Part shown: in pieces, positions 11,701 through 21,443 of the stretch
Numbering within the stretch: the first letter of the stretch is position 1
Layout of the letters: every line of letters begins with the position of its first letter
Source: Naegleria gruberi
Taxonomy: Eukaryota
Assembly (NCBI GenBank): GCA_000004985.1
Contig: GG738886.1
Direction: 5' to 3' (one strand)
Length of the DNA: 64,000 nt
The notes under the pieces: model-generated
Databases searched by the model: none
The model's input: only the letters and a program-made list of their open reading frames with translations
What the model was told of the DNA's origin: nothing
Program-made: the position numbers and the translations under genes

Positions 11701-12797
11701 TTATTGTCACTCTCCGATTCATCTTCTTCCTTGTCATCCTTCGTTTGGAAATTGTCAACCAATTCGACAGTGACGTTACCTGCTTCCGTTGCTGGTTGTG
11801 GAGATGAATATTCGATGGGTTGTGTGTTTGGTTGAGTGTGTTCTGTTGCATTTGAACTGTCAATCTTCTTCTTCTTTGAATAAACCATCACTGCCCTCGC
11901 AGGTTTAACAATGTCAACTTTCTTGTCACATACAATCACAAAAATCTTGTTTCCATCAGAATCCATTTCCGTTTCAATCGGCGCCAAAGTTTGCATATCT
12001 CCGTCTTTTGGAATGTATTGTTTCAAAGTGTACAGTGAGGTCGTACCACTTTGCTTTTCGTGTATGACACCAACGTCAAACTCAATTTCATCTAATACCT
12101 TTTGCATCGTTTTTGAATCTAATATCGTTTCAATGGAAACATCAATCAACAATTGCCTTTCTTTTCTACTAACACCTTGAAAAACAAATTTCAAGTGTGA
12201 AGGGTAACGAATCGCAAAAATATGCTTGGTTGCAGTTTCGAAATGATGAAACGCTAACAAGTCGGTTTCATATTTGACTGTTTTAGTGATGTGTGATTTT
12301 GATGGAGTGCGAAATAATGATTCTTCTGATGAGTCTTCAGATGATGATGAATCATCTGTGTTCGTTTCGTATTCACTTTCGTCTTCCTCTTCGTCATCAT
12401 CAACAACTTTAGGTGCTTCTAACTTTCGTTTCTTTGCTTCCTTGACACGTACCAATTCATCAGCATATTTTGCGGATTGTTCTTCAAAGTATGCCTTTTT
12501 GTTCTCCATTTCAATTGATGACTTGTCTTTAATTGTGCTTTTGTATTTTCGTTGAACTTGAGACCAACTGTAACCGTTTTCGTTCGCGAACGCAACAAAA
12601 GCGTCTTTGTTTGTTTGATAAACTTTACCTCTATTTGCGAGCCAGAAGAGGCGTAATCTTTCTGTATCAACTTCTTGCCACTTTTTGGACTTCTTTTTCT
12701 TCAGTGACTGGGCTGTATCAACAGTACTACTATTGGCAACAGAGCTAGAAGTCGGGGCTTGTACTTTTTCTGTGTTCTTCCTCTTCTTGGTGCCCAT
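11694..12797 (-). CDS. Harbinger-associated Myb/SANT-like (trihelix) DNA-binding protein
   Basis: 367-aa ORF with real ATG. Basic N-terminus, then KKWQEVDTERLRLFWLANRGKVYQTNKDAFVAFANENGYSWSQVQRKY with three spaced Trp, typical of the Myb/SANT-like partner of Harbinger/PIF elements. Acidic DE/S-rich tail. Divergent from the adjacent DDE transposase. Confidence 0.6.
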   Translation of the reverse strand: MGTKKRKNTEKVQAPTSSSVANSSTVDTAQSLKKKKSKKWQEVDTERLRLFWLANRGKVYQTNKDAFVAFANENGYSWSQVQRKYKSTIKDKSSIEMENKKAYFEEQSAKYADELVRVKEAKKRKLEAPKVVDDDEEEDESEYETNTDDSSSSEDSSEESLFRTPSKSHITKTVKYETDLLAFHHFETATKHIFAIRYPSHLKFVFQGVSRKERQLLIDVSIETILDSKTMQKVLDEIEFDVGVIHEKQSGTTSLYTLKQYIPKDGDMQTLAPIETEMDSDGNKIFVIVCDKKVDIVKPARAVMVYSKKKKIDSSNATEHTQPNTQPIEYSSPQPATEAGNVTVELVDNFQTKDDKEEDESESDNNE

Positions 12798-12863
12798 TTT
12801 TTTTTCAATTTCGAATATCGTTTTTCACAAAAACATTCGTGTTCACTTTTGAATTATGAAAAA

Positions 12864-13748
12864 ATGCAAAACTTGTTTTCTGTGTTTCGATCATACATGC
12901 CAAAAGCAACTGAAGAAACATTCAAAGCGTTTTTTGCATTCAATCCTAAGGAATTACAAATTGTTTATGACACGTTTGTTGGTAGAGTAATAGCACCAAA
13001 GTGGTTTCTAATCACCTTAGAATGGTTAACGAATTATCCTAAACATCATGTACAACATGTTTATTGGAATATTTCTAGAAGAACACTTGTTGGAAGATTA
13101 TGGAAGACGGTTTTGTTTCTCTCTCGTCTTCTCCCTGATTTTGATTTTGATGATAGACTAGAAGAAGAACCAGCAAAACGAATTTTCAAAGATATCAAGT
13201 GTATCGTTGACGGTGTTGAAATTAGAATACGTCGCCCATCTAAAAGACGATTCACTAAAAAACAAAATTGGATCCACCAGAAAACATTTTTCTCAAACAA
13301 GAAGAAAATGCATGCGATGAAATATCAAGTGGTTGTCACTCTCCGTAAAGGGAAGATTATAAATGTCAGTCGTGCGTATAGAGGACGTGTTCATGATAAA
13401 AAGATATTTGATGATTACATAAGGGAACACGGTCACGAATTTGGTGAACAAGAACATCTTGGTGACCTTGGTTATGTTGGAGTACCAGAGATATTTACAC
13501 CTTTCAAGAAACCGCGGGGTGGTGAATTAGAACAGTATCAGAAAACAATTAACAAAGTCATTGGTGCTGCGCGTGTAACTGTTGAAAATGTGATTGGTCG
13601 TATCAAACGATTTGACATACTTAACCACACATTTAGGCACCCACTTGTCAAACACGAAGATGTGTTCATCATTTGTGCGAAACTGGCGAACTTACATCTT
13701 CGCTTTCATCCCGTTCGAAAGTGTGACGAACCGCTCTTGGACGTTTAA
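12864..13748 (+). CDS. PIF/Harbinger DDE transposase (DDE_Tnp_4 superfamily nuclease)
   Basis: Conserved blocks IVDGVEIRIRRPS (D1), HAMKYQVVVTL...RVHDKKIF, GDLGYVG (D2) and NKVIGAARVTVENVIGRIKRFDIL (E) give an intact DDE triad. The first in-frame ATG of the conserved part is at 12864 (MQNLF...). The six-frame ORF begins upstream at 12759. Confidence 0.8.
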   Translation: MQNLFSVFRSYMPKATEETFKAFFAFNPKELQIVYDTFVGRVIAPKWFLITLEWLTNYPKHHVQHVYWNISRRTLVGRLWKTVLFLSRLLPDFDFDDRLEEEPAKRIFKDIKCIVDGVEIRIRRPSKRRFTKKQNWIHQKTFFSNKKKMHAMKYQVVVTLRKGKIINVSRAYRGRVHDKKIFDDYIREHGHEFGEQEHLGDLGYVGVPEIFTPFKKPRGGELEQYQKTINKVIGAARVTVENVIGRIKRFDILNHTFRHPLVKHEDVFIICAKLANLHLRFHPVRKCDEPLLDV

Positions 13749-13800
13749 TAAAAATAAAAAATAACGTTTATTTAAAAGGTTGCACCCGCTCTAATCTAGA
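13749..13800. repeat. Candidate right terminal/subterminal inverted repeat of the Harbinger-like element
   Basis: Its reverse complement reads TAGATTAGAGCGGGTGCAACCTTTTAAATAAACGTTATTTTTTATTTTT, matching the left copy at 11648..11700. Confidence 0.45.
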
Positions 13801-15022
13801 AATTATAAAGTATTTAATAAAATGGGCTCTTTTTGTTCTAATAATTACGATTTCAACAACATATTTGGCGTTAGCAAGAAAAAGACTTAACAGTTTCCAA
13901 TTTAGCTCTTGGCATTTTTTCTCAATGGTATGAGATATACTACTGTAATGTCTGTTTCCTTATATCCACATGTTCTTGTTCGAGTGCAAATACTTGTTCA
14001 ACGACCTTTTTTGAGTAGTAATGCAACAAGAGATGAGGTGTGGAGTGTAAAATTGAGGTCAAATGAATGGTGATGTTGTTTCGGGTATGAGCAATAGATA
14101 TTTACTTTATGAAATGTTTTGAAGATATTTGCATGAAAATCTTGTCGTGAGCATCAACTTCCTAACATGTAGAAAATAAAAACAATTATTTCCGGGTATT
14201 GATTCTCTTGATACAGCAACAACCATTTCACATTCGCCAAGTTTGCCGAGATTATTAATACTCGTTGTTTCATCATTTTGGGAAGACAGATATATTTGGG
14301 CAAAATGAAAAAATTGTACATTTTAAAATCGAGATACCTGATGCCTGACGTCTTGGAACCTACCACAAACATGGACAAAAATACAACCCAAATTTCACAA
14401 AGATAACGCTAATACAACATCCAAAAACCAATCCACTATTTTCCAAATTCATATCCATTCCTCATCTCATTGTAATATGAACAAAGTCACTTTACATACA
14501 AAATCTAAAATCAAACATTCCGAATTTTTCAAGATCAACACACTTCATGATCACTAGAAAATGTAATGGTTTTTGTTTAAATGGAAAAATCTGATGGACA
14601 TCTTTTGAACAGATTTCTGAAGAGATGTTTCAAGATGTGTGTTGTATAAACATTATTACGCTTGTATTGGTAATTAAATCACCATCCATCTACAGTTTAA
14701 TACAATTCAAAGTCATCATGAAAAATCAAAAGATTTTCCTCATTTTCCTCATTGGGATTCCAATATGGAAAGAGTTATTAAGTATCCAATTTTGTAGACA
14801 TTTAGTTGTAGTTTCAAGAATCTACAAGATGTCATCTCCATCAACACTTGGTTATTTCATACATTGGATTTTATACATTGTAAACACTTATTTTCAATTA
14901 AAATCAAGTCATATTTGAAACCTTCCTTAATTGGTATGCACATTTTCAATACAAATTAAATATTAAATATTATTAATAATTGAAAAATATTTAAATTAAA
15001 TATTCTTCTTTTAATTAAAAAA

Positions 15023-16766
15023 ATGTTTCAACACTCGGTACCGAGTGAAGTTATTTTCCATGTGGCTGAATTTCTCGACTCGTTGCGTGATATTGCTCAT
15101 TTACTATTACTTCTCACCACTGAATATTCTACTTATTTTTCCTTTCATGATGGAAAAGAATTAGTAGAACAGAAAAGCAATATACAATTCTATTGGAAAA
15201 CCCTACTAGCCAATGTATTGATGGCTCACATTGAACAATTTGTTACAAGAGTTCGATCGGAGAATGATTTGAAAAAGATTAAAGAAATTAAAAAGAAAGG
15301 CTTGGCAAATTATCATCAATGTTCTGAAATTGTTCTCAAGTCGAGTGTGAGGAAAAGATTCCGATCGCTCGAGTTGAAAATTGGGGAAATGATGGAACGA
15401 TATTATGTTAGAATTTTGAATGAACAATTTGGAATAGAATCAAAGTTTGATATTTTGGAGTGTGTAGAATTGCTGACGAGGAAACGATCTAGGCAATTTT
15501 ACTCTAATTTCTTTGGGGCAATTGTGAAGAATGATAATCATGAGGAGTTTTTGAGTTCTTTGAAAGCTCTTATTAGAAGAGAAGCATTGAAATGTTATGA
15601 AAAGAATATGTTGAAAAAATTGATCAATTCTACACAATTGGAGAGTATTACCAATTCAAATTCTGAAATTATTACTGATATTTTACGTGATGGGATTGAA
15701 TTATCACCCGAGTATGCTGTTATCTTGCCAGATATCATCAAGATTTTGAAAATTAATTTATCTATTCTGCAAGTGGCAAAATTATTCACACACCTAATTG
15801 GATCTGATTTGTTAGAAACTTTTATTATGGGAAATGATTTTGAAACGATGAGTAATGAATGCATTTGACATTATTTTAAAATATGGCAAAAAGCACAACT
15901 CAATTAAGGAGATTCAGGCTTTTAAAAATTTTGTCCAAACACACGATCCATCTCTTGAAATATGGAATCATATTAAGGACGAGACAAATAGAATTGTGAA
16001 AAACCAGGAATTGATTCTAACTGATGCTCAATTTCAATTTCTTGATATTTTAGAAATTGAATCCATATGCATTGGGAATTATAAACACAGTCCAGCCAGA
16101 TTTCAGCTTATAGAATGGTTAAGAGGAAAACAGTACAGAATCGATAGAAGTGACTTGTTGAGTATTTTATTCACACCAACACCAGAATATCACTTTAGTG
16201 AATATGTGAAATTGTATCAATTTTGTAAATTGGAGTATAATTTCAGTATTTATGAGGAATATGAGTCGAGTAATTTAGTTTGTCATTTTTTCAAATCATG
16301 GAGATCAACTAATGCCAATTTATTCTTCGAGGGAATTATTCCTGATGAACTAATAATGGTAGAGCAGATATCAAGCAGATATTTATTGAGAGATTGTGTG
16401 GCTACATACTTGGATCGTATCTATTATTCTAAAAATCCAAAACCTATCATTGACTATTTACAAGACAAGTTTTATCCTTCAATATTTGATATTGATTTTC
16501 TAGTGAGTATGATCAAAAGAAAAAAGTATGCATTAGATTCTTTGAATTCCAACTACTTGTGTGAATACATACTTCCTCTTATCAAAATTAATGGAATTTC
16601 ATTTCAAGATCTGGCTGTTGGACTCATTTCTGAAAGTGGCGATGTCTTTCAAGATTGCATCTATTCTAAATATCAACAACACACAGATGAATATATCATG
16701 GCTCTATATCTTGCCTGTGTTAATATTAAGCAAATCAAAGCAGAGCAAAACCCTCTATCTCAATAA
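15023..16766 (+). CDS. Hypothetical protein(s): two consecutive ORFs offset by +1 (15023..15868 and 15855..16766)
   Basis: 281-aa and 303-aa ORFs overlap by 14 nt in different frames. No intron signals at the junction. Either two tightly packed genes or one gene with a frameshift. No domain recognised, apart from a possible F-box-like N-terminus (VIFHVAEFLDSLRDIAHL). Confidence 0.3.
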
Positions 16767-17480
16767 TTGAAGTATTGTAATAGTTTCATAATAAAATTCC
16801 TCTGAAAGAGTTTCCAATTCCGACACAGCCTCATGAAATGCTCGTTCAGCCATTTGCCTACCTAACTCATAATCTTTCATTATTTCCGTACAGAATACAG
16901 AGAAATTCAGAATTAATCCCAATCTGACTGGATGTGTAACAGGAAGAAAATTCTCAGCCATGCTTTTAGCCAAATTGTAGGTCTCTAAACAATTCTCAGT
17001 TACCTTCTTTCCAAATTCATTTTCATCATTGATAAATAACTCTGCAATATATCTATAGTAATCTGCCTTCATCTTTTGAAAGAAAACTGCAGAAACATTA
17101 TCAGATTGGTTGGATGGTATCAAATGTTGATCCAATAATTGCAAAACCTCATTGCCAAGATCCACAATTTCATTTCTGATTTTAATTCTGTAATTCTTGA
17201 TCATTTCCGATTGAGATGTATTTTCATATTTCAATTGCAATGAACTGATGATTCTCCAAGCATTTCTTTTACTACCCATCATGTTTTTATAGGCCACGGA
17301 GAGTAGAGATCGTTCATCAGGTGACAATTCAACATCCGATTGAACTATCTCTTTTAAGAGTTGTGCTATTTCTTCATTGATGGTTTCATCATTCGAAATT
17401 TTAATTTCAATGATTGGTACTGTTCTTCTTACCTTCATATCTCTCTGCTTGGTCGAAAACTTTGGCAAGGAACAAAACAT
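16755..17480 (-). CDS. 14-3-3 family protein (divergent)
   Basis: Signature blocks LSVAYKNMMGSKRNAWRIISS, YYRYIAELF, HPVRLGLILNFSVFCTEI and C-terminal SEEFYYETITILQLLR match 14-3-3 helices. The first helix seems shortened or lies in an unrecognised upstream exon. Confidence 0.8.
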   Translation of the reverse strand: MFCSLPKFSTKQRDMKVRRTVPIIEIKISNDETINEEIAQLLKEIVQSDVELSPDERSLLSVAYKNMMGSKRNAWRIISSLQLKYENTSQSEMIKNYRIKIRNEIVDLGNEVLQLLDQHLIPSNQSDNVSAVFFQKMKADYYRYIAELFINDENEFGKKVTENCLETYNLAKSMAENFLPVTHPVRLGLILNFSVFCTEIMKDYELGRQMAERAFHEAVSELETLSEEFYYETITILQLLR

Positions 17481-17685
17481 CCACTCTAGAGTTATGCATT
17501 TTGTCTATTTTTTTTGTTATGAATTTTTATATAAAGGCATCACTTAGAGTTGTCATCGTTATTGATTAGCTTTCTTTATAGAGAAGCACAAGAATTCATA
17601 TGTTGATAGTAGGAACTAGGCATTGTAGAGAAGATAAAACTGTTGAAAAAAGGGGCATTAAGGAAAAACAAAAAGAAGAAAAAGC

Positions 17686-17766
17686 TGCAGAAGGTGGGAT
17701 TTGAACCCACGAAGCTTGCGCAGTAGAACTTGAGTCTACCCCCTTTGACCACTCGGGAACCCCTGC
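17686..17766 (-). tRNA. tRNA-Leu (anticodon CAA), intronless
   Basis: Reverse complement folds as a class II tRNA. Acceptor GCAGGGG/CCTTCTGC with two G-U pairs. D-arm CCCGAGTGGTCAAAGGG. Anticodon stem GTAGA/TCTAC with loop CTCAAGT. Long variable arm. T-arm GTGGGTTCAAATCCCAC. Discriminator A. The six-frame ORF 17596..17784 overlapping it is spurious. Confidence 0.8.
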
Positions 17767-17880
17767 TTCACATCCGTTGTTCAAAATTTGTTTTTCTTAA
17801 AGAAATTGGCAAATATTCCCATCTGTTCACACAAGTTCTTTCTTGTTCGCTTCTAGCATAATCACAAAAAAATTCAACAC

Positions 17881-19408
17881 ATGACCAACAATAAGAACAC
17901 CAACAACAAACAAAAGAAGACTACCAAAAAGAAGAAGGGAATTTCATTAGATGACTTTTACAAATCGGCCAGTGCAGAAAAATTGCAAAATAATAGGAAA
18001 ATTATTAATCATCAATTTATTCCAATTGAGTTCCGATCTGATGAGGAGTATATTCTAAAATGTGTGGCCAAGAATTGGGCAATTCTTCGCTATGCATCTG
18101 ATGAGTTGACTACTTCCAAGGAATTTATGATGAAATGTGTTAAAATTTCTGGTCAATCATTTAGTTATGCTTCTAGTCAACTGAGAAATGACAAGGAATT
18201 GGTTATGGAAGTGATTAAACAAGGAAGGGAGAACTTGTATTATATTTCACAGGAATTGAGAAGTGATAGGTAGGTATAGAAAGCATTAAGTTAATAATTT
18301 ATTAACAAAAATCTCTTTCGTATTTAGACAAGTCGTTTACGAAGCTGCTATTCGAAACGAGAGTGCACTTTTTTATGCCTCTACTGAGCTACGAAATGAT
18401 AAAGAGTTTGTGAAAGATCTTGTGAGATTGAACGGTTTAATACTTGAATATGCCTCTGATGAGCTACGTAATGATAGAGAGGTGGTTATTAATGCCATTT
18501 CACAGAATGGACTAGCTCTAAAATTTGCATCCAATCTGTTGAAGAGTCAGGATGATATTGTTGAGCTAGCTTTCAGTCAAAACAAGTTGGCTTATCAATT
18601 TGCATATCCACCAAGAAAAGCAACAGATTTTTTCACAAGTGATGAATTGAAAAATGATAGAAATGTTGCATTGCAAGTGGTTGCCCTGGATGGTCTTTTA
18701 CTTGGTCAATTGAACGATAATTTTAGGAATGATAGAGAAATTGTGTTGAAAGCTGTTGAAAATAATGGAATGGCATTGAATTTTGCTTCTGAAGATTTGA
18801 GAAATGACAAGTCAATCATTCTGGAAGCTGTCAAAATTAGACAGAATGAAATTGGCAGGAAACCAATTGCTGCGTATGAGGTTGATCAAGCTAAACCTTT
18901 TGAATTAGTTTCAGATGAGTTAAAGAGTGATAAGCACTTTATTTTACAAGTCATTCAAAACAATCCTCACACATTTAAATATGTCTCCAATGAATTGAAA
19001 TGTGACACTGAATTCATTTTACAAGCTTTCAAGCAACATTCTTACAAAATCATGCACTATATTTCCAAAGATCTTCGTCAAGAAAGTACATTCCAATTGA
19101 AACTCATTCGTGATACTCTTGAAGCATTAGGATACATACCTGAAGGAATCACCAATAAGGAAGTAGTTTTAAAAGCCATTGAAAAAGATGGAAGAGCTTT
19201 GAAATGGGCTTCTTATGAGTGGCAGAATGATAAGCAAGTGGTACTAATGGCCATCAGAAGAAATGGCTATGCTATCAAATATGCTAGTGAAATATTACAA
19301 AAAGAACGTGATTTGATTTTGGAAGCTGTAAAGCAGAATGGATATTGCAGAGAATTTTCAACGGAATTACTAGATGAAAGAATGAAATATTGCTATCCAG
19401 ATTTGTAG
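17881..19408 (+). CDS. DUF4116-type repeat protein (ELRND repeats), two exons with intron about 18270..18327
   Basis: ORFs 17881..18273 and 18410..19408 join after removing a 58-nt GTAGGT...TATTTAG intron (...ELRSDR|QVVYEAAIRNESALFYAS...). About 10 tandem ~37-aa repeats of the form (E/D)ELRNDxE(I/V)VLxAVxQNGxALxYAS. Confidence 0.65.
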
Positions 19409-19704
19409 AATATGTAATCCAAATTTCTAATTAATCACAGCAATTCATTAACTATTTCAATTATTCCAATAATTCAATTAATCTTTGTAATTTGACATGT
19501 TTTGGTACTTCATTATATTGTTTCAACAAGGGGACAAATTCTTGCTAGTTGCAAGTCTTAAATTTCAACTTGGAAAATATAACTCCTTCCAATCAAAGTA
19601 ATATAACGCTGTGGTTATCAATAGTAATATAAGCGAATGTTAGTTACAATTTTTCTTTCCAAAGTTTTACATTAAAATTGTTAATAAATCAAAACTTTAA
19701 AAAA

Positions 19705-20928
19705 ATGGGGTCCAAGTCATCACACCCAATGAACAAGCCATCTCAAATCGGAGAGTCAATAACAATTCAACAAGAACAGTCAACTAGAGAAGAAAGTTGG
19801 ATTATTTTGGGAACAGCTGATAGTGGAACTTCAACGTTTTATTATATGATTGAACGTATTTTGAGTAATAATCGACACTATTCGAATCGAAATGAGTTTA
19901 ACCATGATTTACAATTAGTTTGCTTCTTGATGATTAAAAATTTGTGGACTATTTTGGAAAGTGAAAGGAGTAGAATAATCGACTTGATTCCAAAGAGTTT
20001 CGGACCATGTTTGGAGAATTTGAATGATAAATCAAATATTGATCAATCACAAATTTCAGAATTTGATTATTGTGAATTATTGATGTATATTTGGAATATT
20101 CCATTCTTTAGAGATTTATTCGAAACTAAATGGAATGCTATTAGTCCTAACATTTCCGAAAATTTCAAAGATCCCAACATTAATTATTACCATGTATTGA
20201 GCTTATTAATTTTGGAAAATTTAGAAGAATTAATTTCCAGAATCAAATCAAAAACCGAATTCTTTCCTTTGGCTCTATCCTATGAAATTACAAAGGGAGT
20301 ACGAGAGTTCAGATACAATAATATACTTGTTAAGAATGCTGGAGGATCTAGAGGTCAAAGAAAGAAATGGTTGTGTTGTTTCAATAATCAATCAATTGCC
20401 ATTTTTATAATATCACTTGCAGAGCTAGATCAATACACAGTTGAGGACACACAAACATTGAGGATACAAGAGTCGAAACTGTTGATGGAAGAGTTGATAA
20501 ATACGCGTTTTTTAAAAACAGCAAGGAAAATTGTAATCTTTACAAAACCAGATATTCTAATTAAGAAATTGCAAAAAGGACATTCCATTCATTTGGGAAA
20601 TTACAAAATGAGACCTGAATTTAAAGAAATTATTAATAAGCATGAGCTGAAGAAGGTTGTAAACTCAATAGTTTCTCATTATTTGAATTTCGAAAATGAG
20701 ATTGAATTTAAAAAGATTCATTCCTTTCATATTGTGAATACGACAGAATTGGAAGAAGTGAATTGTGTAATGGAGAGAATATTGGATCATAATTCGAAAA
20801 ATGCATTCATTTCTCCTTGTCTCTTGCATGGCTATAGGAAACCCGAACAGTTTGAAAGAGAAATGCAGGAGAGATTATTTTGGAAATGTAGAGAACAAAG
20901 ATTATCAGATATAAGGGTTTTAACTTGA
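19705..20928 (+). CDS. Divergent G-protein alpha-subunit-like protein, probably catalytically inactive
   Basis: N-terminal MGSKSS (myristoylation-type). P-loop region WIILGTADSGTSTF aligns to LLLLGAGESGKST but lacks the Lys. Switch II AGGSRGQRKKWLCCF aligns to VGGQRSERKKWIHCF, with the catalytic Gln replaced by Ser. NKxD region reads FTKPD. A helical-domain-length insert is present. Confidence 0.6.
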   Translation: MGSKSSHPMNKPSQIGESITIQQEQSTREESWIILGTADSGTSTFYYMIERILSNNRHYSNRNEFNHDLQLVCFLMIKNLWTILESERSRIIDLIPKSFGPCLENLNDKSNIDQSQISEFDYCELLMYIWNIPFFRDLFETKWNAISPNISENFKDPNINYYHVLSLLILENLEELISRIKSKTEFFPLALSYEITKGVREFRYNNILVKNAGGSRGQRKKWLCCFNNQSIAIFIISLAELDQYTVEDTQTLRIQESKLLMEELINTRFLKTARKIVIFTKPDILIKKLQKGHSIHLGNYKMRPEFKEIINKHELKKVVNSIVSHYLNFENEIEFKKIHSFHIVNTTELEEVNCVMERILDHNSKNAFISPCLLHGYRKPEQFEREMQERLFWKCREQRLSDIRVLT

Positions 20929-21443
20929 ACTACTTGAAAATTAACACAATCCATTTGAAAAGCATAAAACTCTCCCGTATATTCATCCAAACACAATCCT
21001 GAAACACCCGTGAGAACTCACAATTATGAGAATGTACTATTTCTAAATTGTCTCTAGCATTTGAAAGGATAATGTGTCGATTCAATTCGTCATGTATAAT
21101 TGAATAGAATTATGTGGTGTCCTTCATGGATGTATGAAACAATCAAATTGAGAGCTTGTTGGACTTCAGATTAAAAAAATGACTCAACTTGTTCTAATAG
21201 ATTTTCACACTCCATGATTGGACTAATTTTCACAAATTAAAAGAAAAATTCATCAAACAAGAAAAAGGACTCGTAAATTGGCTGAACGAAACTTTAAATA
21301 TAAAATCGGACAAGTTCAATCTAGACGAATATTGTTTTTTAAAAATCGAATATGCATTCGAAAGGGATGTTGTTTCGAGTCTAATTAGAAATAATGACAT
21401 TAGAATACCTAGTTGTTTCGGATGGAGGACAGATCTTGAATTT

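Larger units (their letters stand above)
11648..13800. mobile_element. Harbinger/PIF-like DNA transposon, two divergent genes bounded by imperfect inverted repeats
   Basis: A DDE_Tnp_4-type transposase gene and a Myb/SANT-like gene are transcribed divergently from a 66-bp spacer (12798..12863). About 50-bp imperfect inverted repeats (11648..11700 and 13749..13800) sit immediately 3' of both stop codons, with core TAGAGCAGGTGCAAAC versus reverse complement TAGAGCGGGTGCAACC. The exact ends and TSD are not resolved. Confidence 0.55.

Noticed and set aside
12759-12863. 5' extension of the transposase ORF (MYFFCVLPLLGAHFFF...) overlapping the start of the Myb-like gene
   Set aside because: The extension is hydrophobic junk upstream of the first conserved block. 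The real start is most likely the ATG at 12864, which leaves a 66-bp divergent promoter spacer.
17596-17784. 62-aa minus-strand ORF
   Set aside because: It lies entirely over the tRNA-Leu(CAA) gene and its flanks. It is a chance ORF through a structured RNA gene.
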